In this document: positions 37,661 to 51,380 of the stretch, in pieces | Position numbering within the stretch: the first letter of the stretch is position 1 | How the letters are laid out: the number at the start of each line of letters is the position of its first letter | Assembly: GCF_006345805.1 (NCBI RefSeq) | Contig: NC_042997.1 | Location: 19,654,001-19,718,000, forward strand | Length of the DNA: 64,000 nt | Origin: Octopus sinensis | Taxonomy: Eukaryota | Reading direction: 5' to 3' | The notes under the pieces: model-generated | Database searches by the model: none | The model's input: the letters and a program-made list of their open reading frames with translations, nothing else | What the model was told of the DNA's origin: nothing | Translations under genes and position numbers: made by a program

Positions 37661-37719
37661 ATTTTGTTGAATTTTCTGCTGCTTTAGATAAAGTATATAT
37701 ATATATATACATATATATA

Positions 37720-38026
37720 TGGACTGGTGGTACGTAAAAAGCACTATCCGAATCGTGGCCGATGCCAGCGCCGCCTCGACTGGCTTCCATGCAGGTGACA
37801 TGTAAAATGTACCAATCCAACCGTGGCCGTTGCCAGCCTCGCCTGGCACCTGTGCGGTTGGCACGTAAAAAGCACCCACTACACTCACGGAGTGGTTGGC
37901 GTTAGGAAAGGCATCCACCTGTAGAAACATTGCCAGATAAGACTGGAGCCTGGTGCAGCCTTCTGGCTTCCCAGATCCCCGGTCGAACCGTCCAACCCAT
38001 GCTAGCATGGAGAATGGACGTTAAAC

Positions 38027-38058
<32 letters not shown>
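37720..38058 (+). mobile_element. RTE-type 3' end repeat (family D) with (ATG)n tail
   Basis: ggcacgtaaaaagcacccactacactcacggagtggttggcgttagg...gctagcatggagaatggacgttaaacgatgatgatg. Confidence 0.88.
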
Positions 38059-38059
<1 letters not shown>

Positions 38060-38971
38060 ATATATATATATATGTATGAGTGTGTGTGTTTCTCTTTGTC
38101 CACCACCACTGCTTGATAACTGTTGTTAGTTTCTTTATGTCTATGTAACTTTGCTGCTTGGCAAAAGAGACAGATAGTATAAGAACCAGTCTTAAAATAA
38201 GCACTGGGGTTGATTTGTTTAGCTAAAATCTCTTCATGACAGTACCCCAGCATTGCAGCAATCTAATAACTGAAACAAGTAAAAGATAAAAGATAGATTG
38301 TTATTGTTTGCAGATCTAGATATAAGTTTTAATTATACCTTAATCTATATTCATCAATTGATTATGTAACAGAATGATTTTTCAATCATTGATTGTATAG
38401 TTTTCCACTCATTTATCTTAACAAAATTTCAGCTTCTGTTAGATAATATTAACACTACTTGTAGATAAAATGAAGAAGTAGGAAACTAAATTTGAGATTA
38501 ATTAATGCAACAGGGTTGAAGGATCATAGTGCAAAGTAATAGATGTAACACATATAATAGCATATATTTTGGGGTGTGAAATTTATCAGAAGTGTTAGGA
38601 AAATTAGTTAATAGTTGATTGTTTTTAGCCAGCCATGAAATTAACTGAGTAGATTGCTGACAATTATAAATACATCTGCTTGTCTTTAGTTAAATATATT
38701 TAATTGGTGAATCAATTTAAAATTTGTTCACTAGAGACACAGGCATGGCTGTGAGGCACAGGCATGACTCTGTAGTTAACAAGTTCACTTTCCAACCCCA
38801 AGGTTTCGGTTCAGTCCCACCTTAGAGAATTGTCTTCTTTAACCTGAGGCTAATCAAAGCATTATGAGGGGATGGAAAGGGAAAGGAACCAGTTTTATAC
38901 ATACATACGTACATACATACATACATACATACATGCATACATACATACATACATACATACATGCATACATA

Positions 38972-39178
38972 CAAGGGGGTGCTCAAAAGTTCTTGGCTTT
39001 AAGGGTACCACAAAGGCCTGGTTGAAGTTCTAAACTTCCAAGTTCTTTTACAGGGTTTAGAAACATTGAAGGACTGCTACAGTAAGTACTTGAATCTAAG
39101 AGTTGAATAATATCATAATTAACTGATCCTCCAGAATTTTCTTGTACCCAAAGCCAGGAACTTTTCGGTACCCCCTTG
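38972..39178. mobile_element. Mariner-type MITE (207 bp)
   Basis: TA-flanked TIRs caagggggtgctcaaaagttcttggcttt vs reverse complement caagggggtaccgaaaagttcctggcttt. A diverged opposite-strand copy is at ~57765-57960. Confidence 0.85.
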
Positions 39179-39746
39179 TACTCACACACACCACACACAC
39201 ACACACACACGTGCACACATACACCGGCACTGGGGCCTGAGGAGGCTAGCAACTTCCACGATCAGTTGGTGATTTTTACGTGTCACCGGCATGGATGCCA
39301 GTCAAGGTGGCACTGGCATTGGCCACATTCAGATGGTGCCTTTTACATCTCAGCAGGGATATACTTGCAGCTGGGGATCTCTAGCGAACTTCCTATTCCC
39401 AATATCCTTCAAACATTCCTCATGTACATCTCACCTTCTTCAATGACAAAACCTACTACAGCGTCTGTGGGAGCCGACATACTCGCTCCCCTATGTCTAC
39501 AGCATTCGCCGCTGGAATAAGGAGTGGTTGGAGATCACGCGGTCGTTAGCCTCAAATCGCCAGGCCTGGTCGGTGTTTGTGAGAGATGCAGCATTGAGAA
39601 TCAATGAAGCCACCTGAACCCACCTCGGGTGAATGCTGCTCAAGTTTAAGTCGGTGGTGCCCCAGCATGGCCACAGCTCGTGAGCTGAAACTAGATAAAA
39701 TAAAAAAAAAATGAATAAATAAGTCTAAGTCATAAGGAGTAAACAA

Positions 39747-39778
<32 letters not shown>

Positions 39779-40164
39779 GTTTATAGATGAGATCCAGATA
39801 TTCTCCATATAGAATATACTTAATAGTGCTCAAGAGGTTTAAAGTTCAGTGGGTTTAATGAGCAGATTTAATGTTTGTAGATTTATTCCCTCATAGGATG
39901 AGATGAGCCTCTAACTTAAGGAACGAGATTTGTCTTTGAACAAACATTATTATGAACCAGCAAGCTCCCAGAAATAGTTGCTAGATTTGTAATACTTTTC
40001 TTCAACCTGTTTAATTCTCTCTATCATTTGTATTCTGTGTAAATCAGACCTTTTTATATGTATACATATATACAGTTTTTGTATCTCCTGTGTTTAATAT
40101 ACTTTATATATTGATCTGTCTAACTTGCTTATACTTACATTTACTTATATATATATATATAGAT

Positions 40165-40500
40165 ATATCATCATCATCATCATTGTTTAACGTCCGCTTT
40201 CCATGCTAGCATGGGTTGGACGATTTGACTGAGGGCTGGCGAACCAGATGGCTGCACCAGACTCCAATCTGATCTGGATGTCCTTCCTAACGCCAACCAC
40301 TCTGAGAGTGTAGTGGGTGCTTTTACATGCCACCAGCACGAGGGCCAGACAGGCAGTTCTGGCAGTGGCCACACTCAAATGGTGCTTTTTATGTACCATT
40401 GCACAGGGGCCAGCTTGTTGCTCTGGCAACGATCACGCTCGTATGGTACTCTTAGTGCTCCACTAGCATGGATGCCAGTCATCGAATTTGATTTCAATAT
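40165..40500 (-). mobile_element. RTE-type 3' end repeat (family D)
   Basis: catcatcatcattgtttaacgtccgctttccatgctagcatgggttggacg..., reverse complement of the 37720-38058 type. Confidence 0.88.
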
Positions 40501-40846
40501 ATATATATATATGTGTATGCTTACACATGCATACATATATTAATGTGTTTGCAAGAATGTATGAATGTCTGAATGTTTATATCATTTTATCTAGACAGTA
40601 TGTAATTGCTGTAAAATATGCTTCTTGGTCATGCAAGTGGTTTTTTTTTTTTGGTTTTTTTTCTAGTCTTTTGTGAAAACATGCCCAACCATGAGAAATA
40701 TTATCTGTTTGGAAACAAGTAAGGGTTGTCAACAGGAATGCATCCAGCCGTGGAAAACCTAACTCAATGATTTCCATTGGCCCCATTCATGCATGGTAAA
40801 GTGGATGATGAAATGACAATGATCATGTGGCTGCCTGTGCTGTTGC

Positions 40847-40900
<54 letters not shown>

Positions 40901-41384
40901 GAACTGATTTAAAAAGAAGAGTGTTTCCTAAAATAATTTTTCATAATTTATTATCCAGGTGTGTATAAGTTTGGATGGTAGGTGAGATCTTGCATAAGCT
41001 AACAACTGAATCTCAATGTGATCTTTTGATCTGCTAGAAAAAGCAGATAAAATCTCCCTCAAATCACACCCTACTGTTTAATAAAAAAAAAAATGAAAAA
41101 TGCATCAGATAACAGTCTAGAGAAAACAGTTTAGATGATCATGCTGAAAAGCATTTCATCATAGGCTTGCTTTCTTAAGGCTGGGCTGATGATAAACAAT
41201 TGTAACACCAATAAGAGATAAATAATATATAATTGTTGCTTTGTTATTTTCTAAACCAATTTGCCTCAATCCGTCCCTTCTCCTGTCCTTTCTCTATGTC
41301 TCTCTCTCTTTCTCTGTGGTACAAAGAGTACATATACAGTGAGGGAGAGAAACCCTTGCATAACTAAATTTTATAGTATGGCTT

Positions 41385-41583
41385 CTGTGCCGGTGGCATG
41401 TAAAAAGCTCCCACTACACTCACGGAGTGGTTGGCATTAGGAAGGGTGTCCAGCTGTAGAAACACTATCAGATCAGACTGGAGCCTGGTGCAGCCTCCTG
41501 GCTTCCCAGAGCCCGATCAAACTGTCCAACCTGTGCTAGCACGAAAAACGGATGTTAAACGATGATGATGATGATGATGATGA
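41385..41583 (+). mobile_element. RTE-type 3' end repeat (family D)
   Basis: gtgccggtggcatgtaaaaagctcccactacac...gctagcacgaaaaacggatgttaaacgatgatg. Confidence 0.88.
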
Positions 41584-43299
41584 ATGTATGAGTAGGTTTG
41601 TGATAGCAATGAATTTTATTACACCCAAAATCTAACATTTAGATCTTGTAACCATTTCAAGAACATTCACTAGGACAATGTGCAACTGTGGTAAATTGTC
41701 TACAATCGGTTGATTTATACAGAAGGTAGAAAGGAAGAGATTATGAAAAACTGAAACTTATTATAAAATGCTGTTCTATACAGCAGTCATCTTTCAGAAA
41801 CAATTTTAGCCATAACCACATGCCTGTGACTATATACAGCTAAGCAATATACATAATATATGTTGGAACGATGTCAACTACTTGATTTAAGTTTAATTGC
41901 TCTCAGTGGTGTAGCATGGCTTCTCAGCACCCCTTGGCAAGGATACTCTTGGCACCTTTACCTTAATTAACAGGTATGAGAGGGCAGAAGAAATCTTGTG
42001 CACGTTTACACTTGTGCCCAGTAGGGGTGACATCTACACCTTTGATTACTATGGTATAAGCAATTTTCTATGGAGAGTGGCTCAATGAAAGATTAATTTA
42101 CCTTGCTCATTATAGTCTCAAGTGTGAATTTTGTCTAAGCTGACTTCACTTTTTATTATCTAAGGCCAACAAATTAATATAGTGACAACTAGTCATATAA
42201 ATATGAGAGAGAGAGAGAGAGAGGTGCTAGAAAGCAACTTATCTAGTCAAACAGAATTGTCTAATTCATGCCAGCTTATAATGTTATGTATGCCAAATAC
42301 ATCAAGCTGCTTTGGATTGTAGAATCTCTCCATAGCTAAAAACCATACAATGGTGCATAATGCCATTGTTAAAATATAAGAGCAAAATCTATAGCAATAT
42401 TTGAAAATAGCTCAGAATCCTGTTCAGTATTAAATCACATTCAATGCTAAATCTTTTTTTTTTTAAATTCTTTATTTGTTAATCTGTGCAAATTTGTTTA
42501 ATGAAGCAGAGAAATTTATGATAAAAGCTAAACAATTAAAAATTTTTCTCTAATAACATTTAAGAAGATTAATAAACAGGAATGTTACTGATAAAATACA
42601 ATCCTCTTTTTTTTTAACCCCTTCATAATGAACTGAGATTGGTATAGTCAGATTTTTTTTTAAGTGCCCTGCAGCAACTAATTATTTTTGTAGTTTGAAT
42701 TCAGGAGATTTAATCCTATAATTTAAAGAGAAAACTAAAAGGAAGAAATTGAAAATTAATTTACAACTGATTAAATAGATTAATTGATTGGAAATAAGGT
42801 ATGTACAATTATTCTTTGAAAGTATCGGCAGCCATTATTTATACCTATGCTTAAATGACAAAACAACAGTATAAAGAAATTCTAAAAATTCTAAATTCTA
42901 GTTATAGAACAAGAAAAAGAATGGAAGACCTTCTTCAATAAAAGAAAAAGTAAAACTTATCTATAATTGAAACTGGAGAATTATTTTTAAATTTCTGAGA
43001 TAAAATTGAAAGATAATTGGTGCTTTTCATTTTCAGATAGACAAATATCCTTCAACTATATTGTATGGTTTCATATTTTTCACTTCAGGAGGCATTATTT
43101 GCAAATATTCTGTATTTGTAATTTACTACAGTAACAGCCAGAAATTTGCTAGTACATTTAAGCAGAAACTCTTTATATAAGTTGCATTGTCATCGTTTAA
43201 TAGTTCTAGCTGCCTGTTAATATTTAGGGCTGATGAAAAAATATTATTTTCTTGGTAATTGTGGTGATTCTGTTTTTGAACAGTTGAGGAAAATAAAGT

Positions 43300-44560
43300 C
43301 AAGATGGTTCCATTATATTCTATAGAATGATTTCAAGGTCTTTGTTTAATTTGTGCATGTTTGGCCTGAAGTATCTTGACTGCATACAGGCGATGTTTGG
43401 GTGTACTTAGTCTGTATATATTTGGCATGAGGGGAGGAAGTTATGCTCGAGTGTGGAAGTTGAAGAAATAATGAAGAGCAGCAGTATCTACATAGGATTT
43501 GGCATTATTGGTGGTGACAATCGGTAAGTCTTAAATACACAAGAGGAAGAATATTAAGGGCAAACTCAAGCTGTTAAATTGTATACTAGAGGGATCTTTG
43601 TCAGTTTGAACTGCAATAGTATTAACTTAGAAGGTTAAGGACCTTAAAGACGAGAGATGGATGAAGTACATAAGCTTAGCTAAGAAATTTGCATATCAGA
43701 CATGGTCAAGTTCTTTGTTGATGTAAAGTGCATTGCCATCATTGTTTTGATGTAACTAACTCAAAGGTGAAGATCCATTAGAGAGTGACATAGAAATGTA
43801 GAACCTCAGTAAAGTAAGCTGTACTGACGGTTGTTAAAAGATGATAGGGTTTCTCAGGCTGGAAGAAAATGGTTTTTAATGATTGTTCCTATCAACTTTG
43901 AAATGTCAGTATTGATTGTATCATTAGAGTTAATGTTCTTTTTTAAGAATGAAAGTGAGATCAAAGAAACTGACAGTTGCATAAGCTAGCTTTGGAGAGC
44001 ATTGTTTGAACACATTAGTTATGACTTTAACAGGCTTTCTTGGTTTGAAATGTCTAGAGGGACTTTTGCAGTTACATCTTATATGTAAATGGTGAGGAAC
44101 CTCTTGGTGAAGAGACAGATAGTTTTGGATGAGATTTACTTCATTTGTGTAGTGTAGAGTTGGGCACATGATGGATAGCAAATATGGATGCATTTTTCGC
44201 AGGAGTACTTCTTACTGGATGATCATCACTGAGAAGTTGAAAGAAAGACAATTGCACAAAATAATGAGTATTTTAGTAAGGTCCTAAAATTGTAGGCTGT
44301 AATTTGGTGGGTCATAGAACCTGTAGGTTGTGCAGAGCCTGGAAACAGCCTTTATGTTCAAGTGATAATTCTTCAGTTGCTTTGGTAGTGGGTAAAAGCT
44401 GCAGGGGTGTACCTGTTTAGGATATTTGGGGTTATGAATTTGGTCTTTTTAGTTTTGTGAGTGATGTAGAAGAAGACAACTTTGAGCTAAGCTTCAGACA
44501 CCACTCAAGTGTTTCTGCTGGGCAGTGGCAAAGTATAAGTATTGCTTGAACTACAGAGCT
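43300..44560 (-). pseudogene. Heavily decayed CR1/L2/Jockey-type LINE RT relic
   Basis: Fragmentary motifs only (PKLAY..., QSILTFQ..., NNRQYS). Clade uncertain. Confidence 0.4.
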
Positions 44561-45561
44561 CTGATTAATCAGTTAATAGGTTTGATCAGAAGTTTCCAAA
44601 TCACAGATATTTTTATGATTGATATTGTATGAAATGTTGTCCATGAATGCAGGTGCAATGCATGTATGTGTGTGCGTGTATCTGTGTGTGTGTGTGTGTG
44701 TGTGTGTTTATATATGTATGTGTGTGTGTGTGTTTATATGTGTGTGTGTGTATGTATGTAGAAGTTTTCTTTAAAAATGCTGTCTGCTAAATACTGAGAT
44801 TGTCACATTAAACTTTTATCCTTGAATGAATTAATATTTCAATATGCAAAATACTGGAATGTACATTTAGATTCAATGTAACAATAGGTGAATAAATTGA
44901 ACAAGTGATATATTGTTTTATGCTGTGAAACCAAATCAGATTCGATTTGATTTTTCACAAGTAAGGCAAGGGGAATATTAAATTTGTGCATATACACTAT
45001 CATTTTCTGTTTACTTCATTCAAATAAAATATTATTAAATACTATTAAGAATGAATATACATAGTGATCACCCAGCAACTACGTCATCCTCAGAGCAATT
45101 AGGATGAACAATATCATCATTATCATTACAATATGAAATTTACTAAACATCTTAATGCTACCAAAAGGCTCATGTGCGTTTCCTACAAGTTCCATTAAAG
45201 GCAACACTTTTATCAATGGATATTTATGTTTGGTAAGTCATTTAAAGCCAGAACTCAGTATCTCATCCATAAAATGTCCTATATCAACTCTTTTGTCAGT
45301 ATCATAGATTGTAATTTATGCACTTGATTTCCCTTTTTGTCTTTCCCAATTTCATAGTGTCTTCTTCCTGGTGAATATAAAGCAAAGTTTCATCTCAAAT
45401 AAGTCTTGACAAAAGCTCAACAACTTTGAACCCTAACAAGACCTAATCTTATTTCATCCATTTTGTAGTATAATGTTACCCATTTTTGGAAGTTATGCTG
45501 TATAATTGTCCAGTTTGTTTTGAAGCTAACATATTATTAAACATGATCTATGCCTGTAAAA

Positions 45562-45820
45562 GTGGAGGCGTATGGTTTAGTGGTTAGGGTGTCAGCATCA
45601 TGATTGTAAGATTGTGGTTTCGATTCCTGGACCGGGCGACGCATTGTATTCTTGGGCAAAACATTTCCTTACATGTTGCTCCAGTCCACTCAGCTGGCAA
45701 AAATGAGTAACGCTGCGATGGACTGGCATCCCATCCAGCTAGGGAACACATACGCCATTGAAACTGGGAAACCAAGCCCACGAGCCTGGCTAGGCTTTAA
45801 AAGGGCGCATTTATTTATTT
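45562..45820 (+). mobile_element. tRNA-derived SINE with V-domain-like segment
   Basis: ggaggcgtatggtttagtggttagggtg...ggtttcgattcctgg head and gctgcgatggactggcatcccatccag body. Confidence 0.8.
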
Positions 45821-48800
45821 ATTATATTATGTCTGTAAGATATATTGAAATTGTATAGATTCTTTAAGATAAATCAGCAAAGATAAACATTAAATACTTC
45901 AAATATTTAGAACTTATCTGATACAATATCAACTTGCATCACAAAATTCAGTTTTACTTATTGTTTAGATTCTTTTATATTTTGTTTGCATTGTAAGTTC
46001 TGTTAAATTGTACATCAAATATATTTCCACAAATGAGATTTATTTCCCTTGTAACCAACTGCAAATATATCAAGTAAAATTTATGCCAGAAATTATTCTT
46101 CAGTAATCTATCAGATGATGGCTGTCGAGTAACATAGGATGTGGATTTTACAAATGTGACAAATGTCAAACTCATGTCAACAAAGTAAGCAAGTGTCAGA
46201 CATTAGTCTTGACAGAGAATATATAATTATAAACTTTCTTATAAATATCACTCAATGAATATTTTAGGCAAATCAGCATAAACTGATCTAATGATACCTT
46301 GTGCTCCGATCATTAATGCTTCATTTGAGTGATTTCTCTTGTGCTTCAGAAAGCATTCCCCTGAAATATGATGGCTCCTTTATGCATTCCAGACAAAATT
46401 CAATGGAAGTCTATAAAATTTCATTGAACATTCCTCACTTATCAACTATTCTCTATCTGAACCAATACAAATGCTTGTCAGCTATAATGCAAATTGCACA
46501 TATTTTTCTTTGCAGAAGATTCCTTTCCTTCAATTAAAATGAAAATCACTCTCCTCCAGCTGTCAACCCTCCGGAATTCTTGTCCTCAGACTTTGCATTG
46601 TCATTCATTTCTTAAAACTACATCTTTCAATGTATACTTAATTTTCTCCAAGATTGAAAAAGCACCAATTCCGTCAGGAAACAACTATCATATTTCCTTT
46701 GCATAAATCATGGTGCATTAAGGAAATATTTGAAAATATTAACACATGTAAAGATTAGTAAATGATCTGACAAACTTAATTACTTCCTAAATTATACTTA
46801 ACAAGGCACATAAATATCATACTTGAAAATATAGCTAAATAATTTTGCCTGTTATTTATTTAATTATTTCTGTATGATCTTAGTCATAAACAGTGATTCT
46901 TCAAACATGATTAAATACACATTTAGACAGAAATAAGGAGTGACTTACAAAATAAAACGTAAAATTCTCATAGGAATATGCGGGAAGTCAATAATCAGAT
47001 AAGATATAAAAACTAAATTATGGACAAAAGCGTCCCAAAATTTTGTTTGACTGAGTCATACTTTTCCTGCATAAGATTTGAGTAATGAGAAAAGAATTCA
47101 TGTGCAATATCTTAAAACTGACTGGAAACATAAAATGTCTGGATTTGCTCCAGCCATTTTATTAGACTTTCCCATTTGCCATTCACAATTAGTGTTATGT
47201 CAGATATTTTGAAATGTGTCGTTCTTATGAGAGCCTAGGAAATTTCTTTAGCCTCAATTTTATTTTACCTGATAATTCCTCTTTGTCACAATATGCATCT
47301 TTTAATGTTTTATTGATGCTGCTCTGGATTTCCTGGTTGCAAATATTGTCAAGAATGTAAGGATGGTTTAGATGAACAGCATACAAGTAATATATTTAGT
47401 TTCATCCTTCTTAATTACAAATTCACAATTATCCAGGCTTAGTCTCATCTTTAATTCACCAACAAAATTGTGACTATTATTAATACTCTACCCTTACAAA
47501 AGTGATACTGAGCCTAGTAAAAAATAAATCACTATAATATTGGACATATTTAATATTGCCATTGCTGCTCTCTATGCTTTGTACTATGCATCAGGCTATT
47601 GATAATGCAGTTACTATTATTGTAAAAACAAACTGTTGATACTATTGAAGTTATTATTACTATATTGTATGTCACTATCACTGTGCTACCATTGCTACAG
47701 TAATGGATGATATCACTATTGTTGAGATTGCAATCATTGCTAACTTTGGTTCAGCTTCAGAAGTTATTTCTTTTGATATACTCAATGCTTTTATTATTAT
47801 TGATGTTATTTAAGTTACTGATGTCGCTATAACTATTATTAAGTTGATTCAGTGATGGTGAGCTGAGTATATACAAGTAATATTTTCTCCACCATATGCA
47901 TAGTTTCGTTAAAACAAATCAAACATTGTAAAATAGTAAGAGATTATTACCAGCAATCTAAGGAAGTGTATATCAAATGGTTGAAATGTAAGTAATTGGA
48001 TATTTCTTAGACACTGAAGCTAAAAAGAAATTTTTATTCTGTTTCTTAATCTGCTGAAAATAGTAGCCAAATCTCCTTTTGGATGTTCTGTATCACCTTT
48101 AAAATGGAAGAAAATTCCTAGTTCTCAATCTTAAAACAGCTTACCTGCAATAACAGCAGAATATATTTAGCCGAAGCATTAATTTAAGAAATCTTCAGTC
48201 ACCTACCTTCATGATATATGCCCACTCTGTCAAACTTGATCAGCAATACTCAACATTCGCAAAAACTATCTGAATAATACAAATATCTGTGCAACACAAA
48301 TCATACTATTCAAATTGAAGACTGAATAATCACACACACACACACACACATGCAAATAATTTTTAATAATTTTCAGCTTTTGTTCATTCAATTATCATCA
48401 TTTTCCTTCTTGAAACATTAGTTATAGTTCTTAATAAAATGTTAAGCTGTTCAGTAAGTTACAAGATTTTAACATGCAAATTGTTGAAAATGAAGTTAAT
48501 TACATATGAAGCCAGTTTTATTTTAGTTTATTTCTTTTTAATAACTATAGACCAAATTTTAGTAAAAAGAAGCATTTTGTAAATATCAAATACATATTCT
48601 AAGCTTAAAATGATTTTTTGAATGGTGAAATGACTAATGATTATACTAATGAAAGGAAGTTTATATGGGACACGATTATTTTGTATGTGAACATTTTAGC
48701 TTTACGCAGAAAAGTCTCAAGAGAAGTGAAATCATAATTCTTGCAGTAGCAATGTTAGCATACATTAAATAACAAGTAAAATCAATTAACCATTAATACT

Positions 48801-49879
48801 TAGTATCACATTAAACTTTCAAAGCTAAAATAAAATTGACTGAATAAATATTATAGAGTAAAGATTTAAATTTACTAAATATAAGAGGAAAAGTGTTTCG
48901 ACATAGTTTTTCAATTTTATATATAAAATTCACCCATACATAACAACAACAACAACAACAATAATAATAATAACCACAGCAACAACAATAACAATAATGT
49001 TAAGTGAAATTCAGTATGCTTTACACAGATTGTTGTTTTTTGCAAGTTATACAATAAAATAGAATGAAAGAAAAGGAGTTCAGTTTTGTTCTTTGGTTTC
49101 ACTTTAATTTTGCTCTAAATCAACCCAAATTGTGTTTATAAAATAATAATCCAAAATTATGTGCAGTAGAACAGAGGAATGGATATTTTAATATGGTTAC
49201 TCTTTCAAGCAATTTTCAGTTTGATATCAGACAATTAGCTTTCAATAGAACAATTTACAAATTAACAATAAATGAAATAAGCACCCTTAGTTTTCTTCTT
49301 TCATTCATTCATTCATTCATTCATTCATTCATTCATTCATTCATTTATTCATAGCTAACATTTAAAATAGGTATGTTCCACATTGAGAGTTCTATATAAT
49401 TTGTGAATTAAGAAGGATGTTTGTTGAGATTAGATTGTTAAACCTAGCTTCACTATTGCTTCCTTAAGGAGTTAATATTTTTATAAGTTTAAAGATTTTA
49501 AAGAAACAAAAATAAAAAGGAAATTGTAAAGAGTGAACTCAAGTTTCTTGAAATGAATAATAATACTTGATATATAAAGGAATATAAAACAAACATACGA
49601 ATTATTGTTATCATTAAAAGCACCAAGGAAGCAGAATCATTATCATATCAGGCAAAATATTCAGTGGTATTTCCTCAGGCTCTTTATCATTATTAGTTTG
49701 AATACCACAGGGGTCAACTTTGCCTGTTATCCTTTCAAGATTGATAAAATAGGTATCAGTTGAACTCTGAGGTCAATTTAGTTGACTTCTCCCCCACCCA
49801 CTTAAAAATCACTGGCCCTATGCCAAAATTTGAAAAAAATTATTATTATTACCGTTGCGATTCTCTCTAGTTTGGATGC

Positions 49880-50200
49880 TCTACAGTGTTATTTATGTCA
49901 TGTCTCACTTCCTTCACACACTTACTTCAATACATACGCTGTTCTGAATATGGCTGCGAACTGTGTTCTTCCAATGATATTTGGTTACAAATTCTGCTAA
50001 TATTCTGCATTCTTCAGGATGGTTAAAAGCACATCAGCCATGATGAGTTTCACACTTATTCTTCAGTCTCTATGAGTATGCTTCACTTCAAATGCCAGGT
50101 CTTGGTACCATTTTATCTTGTCAATGTTCTGATCTGCAGGCACTGATATGTCTATGAAGAACCCTTCTTTTATCACTTTCTGTATGAGAGTAATTATCTG
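49880..50200 (-). pseudogene. R4/Dong-type LINE C-terminal restriction-like endonuclease relic
   Basis: Manual translation FFIDISVPADQNIDKIKWYQDLAFEVK...AAIFRTAYVLK (cf. IDIAVP.D.N...K..KYQDLA.E...LLGTA.ILR). Confidence 0.65.
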
Positions 50201-50372
50201 GTTGATTATGTTGCTGCTTCTCAATGCTGCTGGTGTCAACTTTGCCTTTTAACCTTCAGGGTCAATAAAATAAATATTAGTTAAGCACTGGGGTCGATTT
50301 AATCAACTGAGTCCCTCCCCCGAAATTGCTTCCCTTGTGACTAAATTTGAAACCATAATAATAATAATAACA

Positions 50373-50422
<50 letters not shown>

Positions 50423-50894
50423 CATTATTATCATCATCATTATTTAGTGAGAAAGCACTGCATGCCATCAAAATTATGCTGGCATACAAATATACAAAAT
50501 GCAATACACCCATCATGTCTACTTGTCTGATAAGGGTACTTTAGGCACATTCATCACAACCATACATGCACGACATGGTGACATTCATATCAAGATAAAC
50601 TGCACATGACCTTGTAGGTGTGGTCCTTGCAGTTATAGCATTAACACAGATGTGACACTTAGTAAATAAATTCTCTTAATTCTTTCCTAGCCATCATCTA
50701 ACTATAGATAAGCTAAGCTTTAAAATGCCATGACATTTGTTGAAGCAGAAAATGAAGAAGACAATGCAAATAAAAGGTGCTAACTATTTCAGCCAACTAA
50801 ATCTACCTGAATCTAACCCTGATTAAATTTCACATATAACACCATTGTACTGAGGAAGTTCATGAATTCACTCCAACCATTTTACTATCTCCCA

Positions 50895-51380
50895 AAGTTA
50901 ATTTGGTTAATCCTCCTTCGTTGTTGAGTAATTTTTATCACAAAGGTTTTCATGCATTCATATGCTTCACATGTGAAGATTTAATTATCTGATTGTTTAT
51001 CCATGTAAAATGATGTAATTTATAATGTCATTCAATTGCAATCTTGGATATCTCAGCTAGAATATTTCCCCTAACATAATTAAACTGAAAAGATATTTCT
51101 ATATAGAATGTGTATGGCAACTGACCAGTTGCATTCTTTGACATGGAAACTAGACCATTTGTTCCATTAGTGGTTTAGTTTACAGTTCCTGGATGCAGAC
51201 AACCAAACTGATTAGATTCACCCATTAATACAAAGAAAAACAATAAAAGTAATTTGCAAGATTATTAAATTAACTCGTGTTAAAGACACATATATATATT
51301 AAAAATAGAAAGAAAAAATTTGGCAAGTTAACGTTATGGACGTAAAGAGAATTGGTAAGATTCAACTTTGTGTAGTTCTA
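50895..51380 (+). repeat. Diverged ~0.5-kb direct duplication, copy 1
   Basis: Colinear with 55735-56240, e.g. gttgcattctttgacatggaaactagacc vs gttgcattctttaacatggaaaatagacc. Confidence 0.85.

Larger units (their letters stand above)
37535..37698. repeat. Foldback 3: 164-bp palindrome with no spacer
   Basis: Centre acagtttttgc/gcaaaaactgt between 37616 and 37617. Four mismatches, all transitions. Confidence 0.96.

Noticed and set aside
40820-40900. Poly-Leu/poly-Met ORF
   Set aside because: A (CTG)n(ATG)n microsatellite at a repeat tail.
43037-43130. Strong acceptors at 43036, 52245 and 63324 followed by hydrophobic open frames
   Set aside because: No convincing donors, and the hydrophobic bias is expected from AT-rich DNA. 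Not enough to call exons.
48140-48275. Minus-strand segment with good acceptor and gtaag donor
   Set aside because: Stops in all three frames. Could be non-coding but is unsupported.
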